From Ignavibacteria bacterium (GTDB lineage: Bacteria > Bacteroidota > Ignavibacteria > UBA10030 > SZUA-254), in assembly GCA_003235555.1 (NCBI GenBank), contig QJVY01000028.1, positions 1 through 39,803 of the forward strand: a stretch of DNA of 39,803 nt. The letters run 5' to 3'. The translations under genes and the position numbers were made by a program. Shown one piece after another: positions 18,157 to 27,168 of the stretch. Within the stretch, counting starts at the first letter, position 1; each line of letters begins with the position of its first letter. The notes under the pieces were generated by a model. The model had not been told where the DNA came from. It ran no database searches and worked only from the letters and a program-made list of their open reading frames with translations.

Positions 18157-18176
18157 GGCTGTTCTACAGTAGAGCG

Positions 18177-18202
18177 TACGGATTTCCCGCGCTGTTGTTT
18201 CA
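18177..18202 (-). promoter_or_regulatory. sigmaW-type ECF promoter for the toast-rack gene
   Basis: Minus strand TGAAAC(18202-18197)-AACAGCGCGGGAAATC(16 nt)-CGTA(18180-18177), identical to the B. subtilis sigmaW consensus TGAAAC-N16-CGTA. Confidence 0.7.
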
Positions 18203-18877
18203 ATAGTGGGGAATACGGTCGCGTAAATACTTGTACAGGAGTTCCCGGGCCCTGAAAATATGCGCTTTTACCGTCCCTATCGGTATTTTGAGGATTTTGG
18301 CTATTTCGGCGTAATCCCGCTCCTCGTTGTGCCTCATGATGATCACTTTCCGGTATTTCGGGGGCAGGCGGGCGATGGCCTCCGAGATGACGACAGATTT
18401 CTGGTCCCGGATGATCACCCTGTCCGGTTCGTAGGTCGAGTCCGGGAGCTCGATGCTGTAGTCGGAATCCCCGTGGGAAATCGGCTTGTTGATCGACATC
18501 GTGTGCAGCTTCTTCTTCCGGATGTAGTCGATGCTGCTGTTGGTCGCGATCTTGTAGAGCCACGTCGAGAACGCGTATTCGCGGTTGAAATTCCGAAGGG
18601 ACGCGAACGCCTTGACGAAGGTTTCCTGCGTGAGGTCCTCCACCTGCGCCCTGTCGCGGATGATCCTGTAGATGAGATTGAAGATGGCGTCGCGGTATTT
18701 CTTCATCAGCTCCCTGAACGCGAGCTGATCGCCGCCGAGCGCGGCGCTGATCAGGACCAGGTCCTGCCTGCGGGACTGGATCCGGGCGGGTGAGGGCCGG
18801 GCATCGCCCCCGCGGACGGCCGGTTTTTTCGGCTTCCGCTTCGGAGTGCGCTTCGTGTTTTTTTTTGATTTGGCCAT
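18200..18877 (-). CDS. ECF RNA polymerase sigma factor, SigW-like, with Lys/Arg-rich N-terminal extension
   Basis: Region 2 EDLTQETFVKAF..FSTWLYKIATN..IDYIRKKK. Region 4 LPPKYR..Y.EIA.IL.IPIGTVKAHIFRARELL. Confidence 0.93.
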   Translation of the reverse strand: MAKSKKNTKRTPKRKPKKPAVRGGDARPSPARIQSRRQDLVLISAALGGDQLAFRELMKKYRDAIFNLIYRIIRDRAQVEDLTQETFVKAFASLRNFNREYAFSTWLYKIATNSSIDYIRKKKLHTMSINKPISHGDSDYSIELPDSTYEPDRVIIRDQKSVVISEAIARLPPKYRKVIIMRHNEERDYAEIAKILKIPIGTVKAHIFRARELLYKYLRDRIPHY

Positions 18878-18905
18878 TCACCGGATTGAAGACAGCGAGC
18901 GGGAT

Positions 18906-18934
18906 ATAATAGCGAAAAACGGCGCGGGACGCAA
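18906..18934 (-). promoter_or_regulatory. sigma70 promoter for the ECF sigma gene
   Basis: Minus strand TTGCGT-N17-TATTAT. Confidence 0.65.
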
Positions 18935-18963
18935 GACCGTTTCGGCCTCGCGGCGGCCGTTTC

Positions 18964-18992
18964 TTGATCGGGAAACGGATTTTGCATACAAT
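18964..18992 (+). promoter_or_regulatory. sigma70 promoter for tmk and the S41 gene (divergent from the sigma gene)
   Basis: TTGATC-N17-TACAAT, ending 9 bp before the ATG at 19002. Confidence 0.7.
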
Positions 18993-19001
18993 GTCAGAAG
19001 G

Positions 19002-19634
19002 ATGTTCATCACTTTCGAAGGCATAGATTTTTCCGGCAAGTCGACGCAGGCCGGCCTCGCCGCCACCCGTCTCGAATCGCTCGGACACAAGGTCCGCCTG
19101 CTCCGCGAGCCGGGGGGGACGGGCCTCTCCGAGCGCATCCGCGAACTCCTGCTGGACCGCGACAACGTGCCCATCGACCCGCTCTCGGAACTGATGCTCT
19201 TCTCGGCAGCGCGCGCGCAGCTCGTCCAGGAGGTCATTCTTCCTGCGCTGCGCGACGGGACGATCGTCGTCTGCGACCGCTTTTTCGATTCGACCACGGC
19301 CTACCAGGGTTACGGGCGGAACCTCCCCCTCGGGGAGATCCGGTCCCTCAACCGCTTCAGCACGGCGGGAACGACGCCCGACCTCACGCTGTTCGTGGAT
19401 GTGGACCCCGACGAGATCATGCAGCGGAAGATCCGGGCGGGCCAGGAACCCGACCGGATGGAACGGTCCGGGGATGTTTTTTTTAGGATGGTGGCGGAGG
19501 GCTACCGAACGATCGCCCGCGACGAACCGGAACGCGTGGTGGTCATCGGGGGGATGGGGACGATCGAGGAGACGCACGAGAAAATCTGGAAGCACGTGGA
19601 GAGAATACTATCAGGAACGAGGAGCGCTTCATGA
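19002..19634 (+). CDS. tmk: Thymidylate kinase
   Basis: MFITFEGIDFSGKSTQ, REPGGT, LFSAARAQ, CDRFFDSTTAYQG and PDLT. Confidence 0.97.
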   Translation: MFITFEGIDFSGKSTQAGLAATRLESLGHKVRLLREPGGTGLSERIRELLLDRDNVPIDPLSELMLFSAARAQLVQEVILPALRDGTIVVCDRFFDSTTAYQGYGRNLPLGEIRSLNRFSTAGTTPDLTLFVDVDPDEIMQRKIRAGQEPDRMERSGDVFFRMVAEGYRTIARDEPERVVVIGGMGTIEETHEKIWKHVERILSGTRSAS

Positions 19635-21292
19635 AGGGATTTTTCAGGAAAATGTCACGCGGACCGTTCTCACGGGCGGGGGTGGTCGTCCTGCTGGCGG
19701 TCATTTCGGGGTTCACCTGGCAGGGGGACGATCTCTTCTACCGGATCAACAAGGGGATCGACGTCTACGGCAGGGTGTACCGTGAAGTGTCGATGAACTA
19801 CGTCGACGAGATCGACCCGATGGATCTCATGGAGTCGGGGGTCGACGGGATGCTCTCGTCGCTCGACCCCTACACGAACTTCATCAACGACGAGGAGGGG
19901 GACGAGGTCGACCTCATCACCTACGGGAAATACGGGGGCATCGGCATCACCGTGGCGACACGCGACGGCAAGATCACCGTCATGAGCGTCATGGACGGGT
20001 ACAGCGCGCAGCGCCAGGGGATCCTTCCCGGGGACAGGATCATCCGGATCGACGACCGGACCCTCTCCGACCTGAAACCCTCCGAGATCCGCGTGCTGAC
20101 CCGGGGCACTCCGGGCACCGAGGTGAAACTCCGGGTGGAGCGCGACGGGGAGGACGCCCCGCTCGATTTCATCCTCACGCGCGAGGAGATCCGCCTGCGG
20201 AACGTCAGCTACTCGGGGATGATCGGGGACGGGGTCGCCTACATCCGGCTGGACCGGTTTTCGCGGGACGCGGGCGACGAGATCGCCCTCGCCCTGAAGG
20301 ATTTCCGACTCCGGGAAAACCTCAAGGGCGTCGTCCTGGACCTCCGGAACAACCCCGGAGGCCTCCTCGAGGCAGCGGTGGACGTCGTGGAAAAATTCGT
20401 GCCGAGGGGAAGCCTCATCGTGAGTACGCGGGGAAGGAAACAGGAATCGGAACGCCGCTACGTCTCCGGCGCGGACCCCCTCATGCCGGACATTCCGCTC
20501 GTCGTTTTGATCAACAACAGGAGCGCGAGCGCGAGCGAGATCGTGGCCGCGGCAATCCAGGACCTCGACCGGGGGATCATCCTCGGGACGAGAAGTTTCG
20601 GGAAGGGCCTCGTCCAGACGGTCGTCCCGCTGGTGTACAACACCCAGCTGAAAATCACCACCGCCAAGTACTACACACCGAGCGGCCGCTGCCTGCAGGA
20701 GATCGACTACTCGCGGGGAGGGGCGGCGGACACGTCCGGGGAGAAGGAAACGTTCAGGACGCTCCGGGGCCGGAACGAATACGGCAACGGCGGCGTGACG
20801 CCCGATACCGTCGTCGACGAGAGGGCCCTCAGCCCCCTCACCACGGCCTTGCTGGGACGTTCCCTGTTTTTCCGGTTCGCGAGTTCGTACCGGAGCGACC
20901 ATCCGGGGCCGGTCGCGGCGACCGAACCGCTGCTGGCGATGTTCAGGGAATTCATCGCGGAACAGGATTTCAGGTACGAGGACGAAACGGTCGCGCACAT
21001 CAACGAAACCATCGACCTGGTGAGGGAATCGGGTGGCGACACGAGCGTGATCGCCGACCTGACCGGCGCCAGGGACCGCCACGTGGAGAGGGTGGAGAAT
21101 TCGTTCTCCGACCACGCCGGTGAAATTCTCTCGGCCATCGTCACCGAACTCAGGGGCCTCGAGGGGGGGGAGGAGGCACGGATCGCCTCGACGCTCGGGG
21201 ACGATCCGCAGGTACAGGCCGGTGCCGCGCTTGCCGGCGACGGGAGCGAGTACAGGAGACGACTCACCTACGGGTCGGGGGACGAGCGCTAG
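19631..21292 (+). CDS. S41A carboxyl-terminal processing protease (CtpA/Prc type) with PDZ domain
   Basis: LDPYT, GIG PDZ entry, LDLRNNPGGLL, SASASEIVA, FGKGLVQ, KITTAKYYTPSGR and GGVTPD. Confidence 0.95.
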   Translation: MKGFFRKMSRGPFSRAGVVVLLAVISGFTWQGDDLFYRINKGIDVYGRVYREVSMNYVDEIDPMDLMESGVDGMLSSLDPYTNFINDEEGDEVDLITYGKYGGIGITVATRDGKITVMSVMDGYSAQRQGILPGDRIIRIDDRTLSDLKPSEIRVLTRGTPGTEVKLRVERDGEDAPLDFILTREEIRLRNVSYSGMIGDGVAYIRLDRFSRDAGDEIALALKDFRLRENLKGVVLDLRNNPGGLLEAAVDVVEKFVPRGSLIVSTRGRKQESERRYVSGADPLMPDIPLVVLINNRSASASEIVAAAIQDLDRGIILGTRSFGKGLVQTVVPLVYNTQLKITTAKYYTPSGRCLQEIDYSRGGAADTSGEKETFRTLRGRNEYGNGGVTPDTVVDERALSPLTTALLGRSLFFRFASSYRSDHPGPVAATEPLLAMFREFIAEQDFRYEDETVAHINETIDLVRESGGDTSVIADLTGARDRHVERVENSFSDHAGEILSAIVTELRGLEGGEEARIASTLGDDPQVQAGAALAGDGSEYRRRLTYGSGDER

Positions 21293-22938
21293 AACCTGAC
21301 CCGGCGACGGGGCCAGCTGAACTTCGCCAGCGCCGAATCGACGGCGGCGTTCGGGCGGATGTACAACACAGAGAGCGCGTACCCGTCCCCTATCGGGACG
21401 TCCATCAGCGTTGCGTTCAGGTGCGGCGGACCGTCGTTCGGCACCAGGGGGAGAGGGACGGAAGCCCCCTCCCCCCGTGAGACGATCGGGTGCGAGATGA
21501 CGAGGTTCACCCCCGTCCGGTTCAGGTACGACAGGGGGAGGACGCGCTGGTGCCCGGGGATGTACCCGACCAGCACCCCCCCGTACTCCCCCTTCGGAGA
21601 GTTGATCCCCAGCATGTCCACGGCACGCAATCCCGAATAATACGGTATCGCCCCCGCCGCAGTCGTGGCAATCACCACGGAATCTCCCGGGGAAAAGATC
21701 CCCCCGAGGGTCCTGCCGATCCCGACCCAGTTTTCCGCCGGTGAGGTGAGGTGCCCTTCGAGCATCGGCACCGGCTCCACCCCCGTGGCCTGATCGTACG
21801 AAAAGGTCAGGGCGTGGTGGACACTCCCGCCGAGAACCAGCAGTACGCCCGCCACCCGCAACCACCGCCGCGGGGCGCAGATCCTGAGCATCCACACCAG
21901 GAGGACGATCATCACGGGAATCACGGGGACCATGAAACGGAACTCCATGAAGTCGCCGCCGATCTTGAGGATGTACGCGAACCAGAGGGAGGTGACGCCG
22001 GCCAGCAGGAACAACGGCCTGTTCTCCCGGAGGAAGAGTTTCCCGAAGAAAAAAACGCAGACGAAGAGAAAGGGGGCGAGGTTGTACGAAACGACGAACG
22101 CGTAAAAATATCTCAGTCCCCGTTCGAGGGTCGAGGCGTTCACCGCCTTGAGATAGAAGGCGTGCGGGAGCAGGTCGCCGTAGTACCAGAGCTTCCACAT
22201 GCACCAGGGCGCGAGGAGTGCGGCGGGAACGAGAATCAACACCGCAAGGTCCCGTACCGCGCGGCGGCGGCCCGCCCCACGGCTTGCGGGTGCGCCGCCG
22301 CCTGTGAAGAGGATCACCCCGAGCCCGGCACCCCAGAGGAGCAGTGCCGAATCCATCCGGGAGAGGACCGCGATCGTCGCGAGGAGGGCGAGCATCGAGA
22401 GGGCCCGGCGAGGGTCCGAGGCGCCGGCGACCGTCCGGACCGCGACGACGAAACCCGCGAGAGAGAGCGCGGTGACCATCTGGGTCTCGAGCCCCCCGGT
22501 CGCGTAGGACGAGAAGGTGTAGTTGGTCCCCGTCAGGAGGACCGCGAGAACCGCGTCCGCGACCGACAGGCCGGCCGCCAGTGCCAGCCGCCAGGTGAAC
22601 AGCAGGGACAGGGAGAAGCAGGCCAGCCCGAGGACCACGGTGAACGGCACGGGGTCGAAGCCGAGGCGCATGCCCGCGGCGATGAGGATCGTCCAGAGGA
22701 AATTCGTGTAACCCTCCACCGCCTCCCCGGGGTTCCACACCAGGCCGAGACCGTCGGCGAGATTGCGGGCGTACCTGAAGGAGATGAAGGCGTCGTCCTG
22801 GATGAACCGGTTGACCCACGCCAGTGCCACCAGCGCGGCGACGAGCAGCGGGAGAATCCATCCGGCGTTCCTCTCCGTGGCCGTGAGGGGGGCGGTGTCC
22901 GGCGGGGCGGGGGCGGCGAAGGTCGTCGTGCCGGGCAT
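21289..22938 (-). CDS. GT-C-fold polytopic membrane glycosyltransferase-like protein
   Basis: Start at ATG 22938. First-loop motif QDDAFISFRYARN..G.GLVWN.GE.VEGYTNFLW, then GGLET, SRMD, YYGDLLP..FY.K, GGDFM..RF and AAGAIPYYS...DMLG. Confidence 0.7.
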   Translation of the reverse strand: MPGTTTFAAPAPPDTAPLTATERNAGWILPLLVAALVALAWVNRFIQDDAFISFRYARNLADGLGLVWNPGEAVEGYTNFLWTILIAAGMRLGFDPVPFTVVLGLACFSLSLLFTWRLALAAGLSVADAVLAVLLTGTNYTFSSYATGGLETQMVTALSLAGFVVAVRTVAGASDPRRALSMLALLATIAVLSRMDSALLLWGAGLGVILFTGGGAPASRGAGRRRAVRDLAVLILVPAALLAPWCMWKLWYYGDLLPHAFYLKAVNASTLERGLRYFYAFVVSYNLAPFLFVCVFFFGKLFLRENRPLFLLAGVTSLWFAYILKIGGDFMEFRFMVPVIPVMIVLLVWMLRICAPRRWLRVAGVLLVLGGSVHHALTFSYDQATGVEPVPMLEGHLTSPAENWVGIGRTLGGIFSPGDSVVIATTAAGAIPYYSGLRAVDMLGINSPKGEYGGVLVGYIPGHQRVLPLSYLNRTGVNLVISHPIVSRGEGASVPLPLVPNDGPPHLNATLMDVPIGDGYALSVLYIRPNAAVDSALAKFSWPRRRVRF

Positions 22939-22946
22939 GGCGGGCC

Positions 22947-24950
22947 CTACCGGCCGGTGGTGTCCGAGAGGATTTTCCGGGCGGCGTCGTTTCCGAAGCG
23001 GGCCGAAAAGAGGAACGACGTGCGGCCCCCCTCCGGGTCGCCGAGGGCCACCTGCGAACGCCCGAGGTTGAACCACGCGTCGGCGAACGCGGTGTCGATT
23101 TCCACTGCCCGTGCGAAATACCGCGCCGCCGTCCCGAAGTCCCCGCGGCGCGCCAGGACGATGCCGAGGTTGTTCCACCCGGAGGCGGACCCGGAGTCGG
23201 CCGCCAGCGCTGCCGCGTAATATCGTCCGGCGTCCCCGAGCCGGTTCTCCCCGAGGGCCAGGTTCCCGGATTCGATCGAAAGGTTCACGACGGCGTCCCT
23301 CGTCACCGGGTTGTCCCCGAATGTCCGGAGCCACCGCGCGAATGCCCCGGTGACCGCCTCCGCGCCTGCGCCGCGCATGTTGACCACGACGTTCCGGTAC
23401 CCGCGCACGTCGCCCGGGTAGAGGTCGAGATATCTCTCCCACAGCGCGGCCGATTTTTCCTCCGCGGCGCCCGCCTGCCGGTAATACCGCGACAGGTAGA
23501 GACTCCCGTTGTACATGCCACCCTGACCGAGGAGATCGGGATCGAGGAGGGATGTGAAGCGTTCGATCGACGCCGCGGGGGAGGAGTTCACCGTGAACCA
23601 GAGGAGGGAGCAGATCAGGCCCATCCCTCCGGCGACGAGGGCGGGGCGGGGATCGTCAGCCGCGGGTACGCGGCGGAAATACACCGCCAGGGCGGTGAGG
23701 GTGAGGAGGTACGAATAGGGGGCGACGACGTCCCAGTCGCGCGCCGTGCCGAGGTCGAACTTCGCCACGAGCGTGAAACACACGACGGGTCCGCACGCGG
23801 TGAACAGGAACTTCCGCACGTCCGGCGCGGGTCCCGGACCCGGGCGTGTTCCGGCCGCGGTCCCCTGCGGGGCGTTCCGGCCGCGGACCCCGGGGACGAG
23901 AGCCGACAAGAGGAGTATCACCGCCGCCCCCCCAAGGAGGACCGTGAGGTTCGCCAGATCGAGCAGATGGAGGGGTGAGAACATCGTGTAGGGGGAGGAG
24001 TACCGTTCGTCGAGGCTTTCGGGGGTGACGATCGGCAGATAATGCCTGTGCGGAACCTGCGAAAAATAATTTCCGACGTCGAACCCGACCGAGGCGAGGG
24101 CGAGCAGCGCCCCCGCAGCGAAGGCCGCCGCGCCGGTCATCACCTGGGCCGCCTGGCCCCGCTTCCATCCCGCGTACGCCAGGTAGAGCAGGGACGGCAG
24201 CATCAGCACCGTCAGGTAGTGCGTGAGGACCTGGAGGAGGAAGGCGAGGGCCACCCATGCGAACGGGAGCCTCCCCCGCAGGAAGCGCACCCCGGAGAGG
24301 AGATAGAGGGACAGCATCAGCAGGACTGAAGAATAGGTCTCCACGTAACCGAAAAAAAGGAGCATCGCCGGCAACGTGCAGAGGAGTAAAAACGAAACCA
24401 GGCGCTCCGCACCGCCGTTGAAGACCGTGCGGACCGTCGCCCACGCGGCGAGGATGAAAGCGGCGCCGAGCACCATGTCGCCGGCGAAGAACGCGTTGAG
24501 GAACCCCCCGTACGTTTTTACGCCGAGAAGATCGGTGACGGCCGAGAAGTACAACGTTGCGAGGGGTTCGTCACGCGGGAGGAGAACCTCCGTTCCCTGG
24601 ATGGCGCCGGCGAAATTCCGGACGAGGAACCAGCTGTCCCCCAGAAGCGGGATCCTCACCCTGAAGAGGAATCCGGTCGCGGCGAAGACCGACAGTGCGA
24701 CGGCGGGGACGAGGAACCTGCGGGAGCCCGCCGAACCCGCGCCGCGGGTGATCGCGCCGGAGGTCCTCCTGTTCGCGGCCGCGGCGAGAAGGAGCAGGAC
24801 CGCCGCAAGGAAGACGAAGGGCGCGGCGGGTCCCAGGAAAGCGAGGAAATGAAATCCCCACGTCGTGCTCCGCGGGAGGAACGGCGCGGCAAGGTAAAGG
24901 GCCGTGAGAGATGCGGCGGTCGCTATTGCTGCAACAATCCTGTTTTTCAT
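22947..24950 (-). CDS. Polytopic membrane protein (possible GT-C) with C-terminal TPR repeats
   Basis: GAGG RBS before ATG 24950. Many TM segments, LLGD, FFGYVETY and RDWD. TPR units WNNLG..LAR.GD...A..YF.RA and AWFNLG. Confidence 0.7.
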   Translation of the reverse strand: MKNRIVAAIATAASLTALYLAAPFLPRSTTWGFHFLAFLGPAAPFVFLAAVLLLLAAAANRRTSGAITRGAGSAGSRRFLVPAVALSVFAATGFLFRVRIPLLGDSWFLVRNFAGAIQGTEVLLPRDEPLATLYFSAVTDLLGVKTYGGFLNAFFAGDMVLGAAFILAAWATVRTVFNGGAERLVSFLLLCTLPAMLLFFGYVETYSSVLLMLSLYLLSGVRFLRGRLPFAWVALAFLLQVLTHYLTVLMLPSLLYLAYAGWKRGQAAQVMTGAAAFAAGALLALASVGFDVGNYFSQVPHRHYLPIVTPESLDERYSSPYTMFSPLHLLDLANLTVLLGGAAVILLLSALVPGVRGRNAPQGTAAGTRPGPGPAPDVRKFLFTACGPVVCFTLVAKFDLGTARDWDVVAPYSYLLTLTALAVYFRRVPAADDPRPALVAGGMGLICSLLWFTVNSSPAASIERFTSLLDPDLLGQGGMYNGSLYLSRYYRQAGAAEEKSAALWERYLDLYPGDVRGYRNVVVNMRGAGAEAVTGAFARWLRTFGDNPVTRDAVVNLSIESGNLALGENRLGDAGRYYAAALAADSGSASGWNNLGIVLARRGDFGTAARYFARAVEIDTAFADAWFNLGRSQVALGDPEGGRTSFLFSARFGNDAARKILSDTTGR

Positions 24951-25013
24951 GGACCTCGAGAGGCAGGTCCGCCCTCCGGCGGACCGGGGTCGGGATACTA
25001 CTCGGTAAGCATT

Positions 25014-25046
25014 CGGGAAAGTAACATTTCCCGCCGGCGAACGCAA
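25014..25046 (-). promoter_or_regulatory. sigma70 promoter (extended -10) for the TPR/GT-C pair, overlapped by an inverted repeat
   Basis: Minus strand TTGCGT-N17-TACTTT with TGn before the -10. CGGGAAA-GTAACA-TTTCCCG (25014-25033) spans the -10. Confidence 0.55.
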
Positions 25047-25084
25047 GACCCCGCCCCCGCAGGGCGGGTAAGTCCCTCGATTCA

Positions 25085-25113
25085 TTGCATATGGGGGGTG
25101 TATAGAGTATATT
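25085..25113 (+). promoter_or_regulatory. sigma70 promoter for the murA operon
   Basis: TTGCAT-N17-TATATT. Confidence 0.7.
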
Positions 25114-25148
25114 CCTGCGTAAATTCAACTGAATTCACACGGTACACA

Positions 25149-26411
25149 TTGGATAAATTCGTCATCCACGGAGGGTCGAGGCTGCACGGACGCGCCACCG
25201 TCGGCGGTTCGAAGAACGCCGCCCTCGCCCTCATGCCCGCCACGCTGCTGGCCAGCGGGAACTACACCTTCTCCAACATTCCCGACCTGAAGGACATCAA
25301 GACCATGGGACGCCTGCTCGAGTCCATGGGCGTCGATGTCGCGATCGGCGCACGCGCACTCCGGATCAACACGTTCCGCGTCAACAGCTTCGAGGCCCCC
25401 TACGAGCATGTGAAGAAGATGCGGGCGTCGATCTACGTCCTCGGCCCGCTGGTCGCGCGGTACGGGTACGCGAAGGTCTCCCTCCCCGGGGGGTGCGCGT
25501 GGGGTCCGAGGCCGGTCAACCTTCACATCGAGGGGATCAGGAAACTGGGAGCGACCGTGAGGATCGACCGCGGGTACATCATCGCGAAGGCGAGGCGCCT
25601 GAAGGGGCGGAAGCTCAACCTTGCGGTGTCGAGCGTCGGCGCGACCGGCAACCTCCTGATGGCCGCGGTCCTGGCCCGGGGAACGACCGTGATCACGAAC
25701 GCCGCCCGCGAACCGGAAATCGTCGCGCTGGAAAAATTCCTCACGCGGATGGGGGCGAGGATCCACGGCACGGGGACCGCCCGGCTGGAAATCGAAGGGG
25801 TCGACGCCCTCCACCCTGCGGACGAGACGATGATCCCGGACCGGATCGAGGCCGGAACGCTCCTCGCGGCCGCGGCAATCACCGGGGGACGGATCAGGCT
25901 GGGGGGATGCCGGCCCTCCCACCTCAGGTCCCTGCTGACGCACCTGAAGCGCGCCGGCTGCACGGTCGAAACCGGCGGGGACTGGATCTCCCTGAAGGCC
26001 CCGGCCACACTCCGCGCCGTCGGCGCGACAACCGGGATCTACCCGGGTTTCCCCACCGACATGCAGGCTCAGTGGATGGCGCTCATGACCGTCGCGAGGG
26101 GACCCAGCCGGATCACCGAGACGATCTACTTCGACAGGTTCAAGCACGTGCCTGAACTCGTCCGCCTTGGCGCAGACGTCACCATCGAACAGGAGGCGGC
26201 GACGGTCCGCGGCGGCGCGACGCTCGTGGGTGCCAAGGTCATGTCCACCGACCTCCGGGCATCCGCCTCGCTGGTGATCGCGGGGCTCGCGGCGGCGGGA
26301 CGCACCGAGGTCCTGCGGGTCTACCACCTGGACCGGGGGTACGACCACCTCGAAAAAAAACTGCGCCTGCTCGGCGCCCGGATCCGGCGGGTGGCCGGGA
26401 GGGAATACTAG
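25149..26411 (+). CDS. murA: UDP-N-acetylglucosamine 1-carboxyvinyltransferase
   Basis: TTG start (MDKFVIHGG). [49 protein letters not shown] and HLDRGY. Confidence 0.97.
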   Translation: MDKFVIHGGSRLHGRATVGGSKNAALALMPATLLASGNYTFSNIPDLKDIKTMGRLLESMGVDVAIGARALRINTFRVNSFEAPYEHVKKMRASIYVLGPLVARYGYAKVSLPGGCAWGPRPVNLHIEGIRKLGATVRIDRGYIIAKARRLKGRKLNLAVSSVGATGNLLMAAVLARGTTVITNAAREPEIVALEKFLTRMGARIHGTGTARLEIEGVDALHPADETMIPDRIEAGTLLAAAAITGGRIRLGGCRPSHLRSLLTHLKRAGCTVETGGDWISLKAPATLRAVGATTGIYPGFPTDMQAQWMALMTVARGPSRITETIYFDRFKHVPELVRLGADVTIEQEAATVRGGATLVGAKVMSTDLRASASLVIAGLAAAGRTEVLRVYHLDRGYDHLEKKLRLLGARIRRVAGREY

Positions 26412-26415
26412 CGCG

Positions 26416-27168
26416 ATGAAGGTCATCGCGGTGCTCCCGGCGTACAACGCGGCGCGGACCCTCGAGGCGACCGTCCGCGACATCCCGGAGGGGACCGTGG
26501 ACGAAATCATCCTCGTGGACGACGCCAGCCTCGACGACACCGTGGGCGTGGCCGGGTCGCTGGGCCTCACGGTGATACGCCACGAAGCGAACCGGGGATA
26601 CGGGGGGAACCAGAAGAGCTGTTACCGCGCGGCACTCGAACGGGGGGCGGACATCGTCGTGATGATCCATCCGGACTACCAGTACGATTCACGCCTCACC
26701 CCCCACATGGTGTCGTTCCTCAGGGACGGCTACCACGACGTCATGCTCGGTTCCCGGATCCGCACGAGGAGCGAGGCCCTCGCCGGCGGCATGCCGCCGT
26801 ACAAGTACGTCGCGAACCGCCTGCTGACCTTCATCCAGAACATCCTCACGGGGATGAACCTCTCGGAGTGGCACACCGGGTTCCGCGCCTACACGAGGCA
26901 CGTGCTGGAAACGGTACCGTGGGAGGACAATTCGGACGATTTCGTCTTCGACAGCCAGATGATGGTCCAGTTCGTCGCGTTCCGGTTTCGCATCGGTGAG
27001 ATCCCGGTACCGGTGCGGTATCACGATTCCGCCTCCTCCATCAACCTCAGGAGAAGCATCACCTACGGTATCAGCACCCTGGCGACCGTCCTGAGGTTCG
27101 TATTCTTCCGCCTCGGTCTGACGGATCCCCGGATGTTCAGGGGGAGGACGGGTGCGCCCCCGCGATGA
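26416..27168 (+). CDS. GT2 glycosyltransferase, DPM1/polyprenol-phosphate glycosyltransferase-like
   Basis: VLPAYN, ILVDDAS.D.T, NRGYGG, HPDYQY (DxD-equivalent), GSR, TGFRAY and EIPVP.RY. Confidence 0.9.
   Translation: MKVIAVLPAYNAARTLEATVRDIPEGTVDEIILVDDASLDDTVGVAGSLGLTVIRHEANRGYGGNQKSCYRAALERGADIVVMIHPDYQYDSRLTPHMVSFLRDGYHDVMLGSRIRTRSEALAGGMPPYKYVANRLLTFIQNILTGMNLSEWHTGFRAYTRHVLETVPWEDNSDDFVFDSQMMVQFVAFRFRIGEIPVPVRYHDSASSINLRRSITYGISTLATVLRFVFFRLGLTDPRMFRGRTGAPPR

Noticed and set aside
19670-22861. 1063-aa minus-strand ORF
   Set aside because: Shadow ORF. It is antisense to S41 and out of frame with the GT-C gene, Arg/Gly/Pro-rich and motif-free, as expected at high GC.
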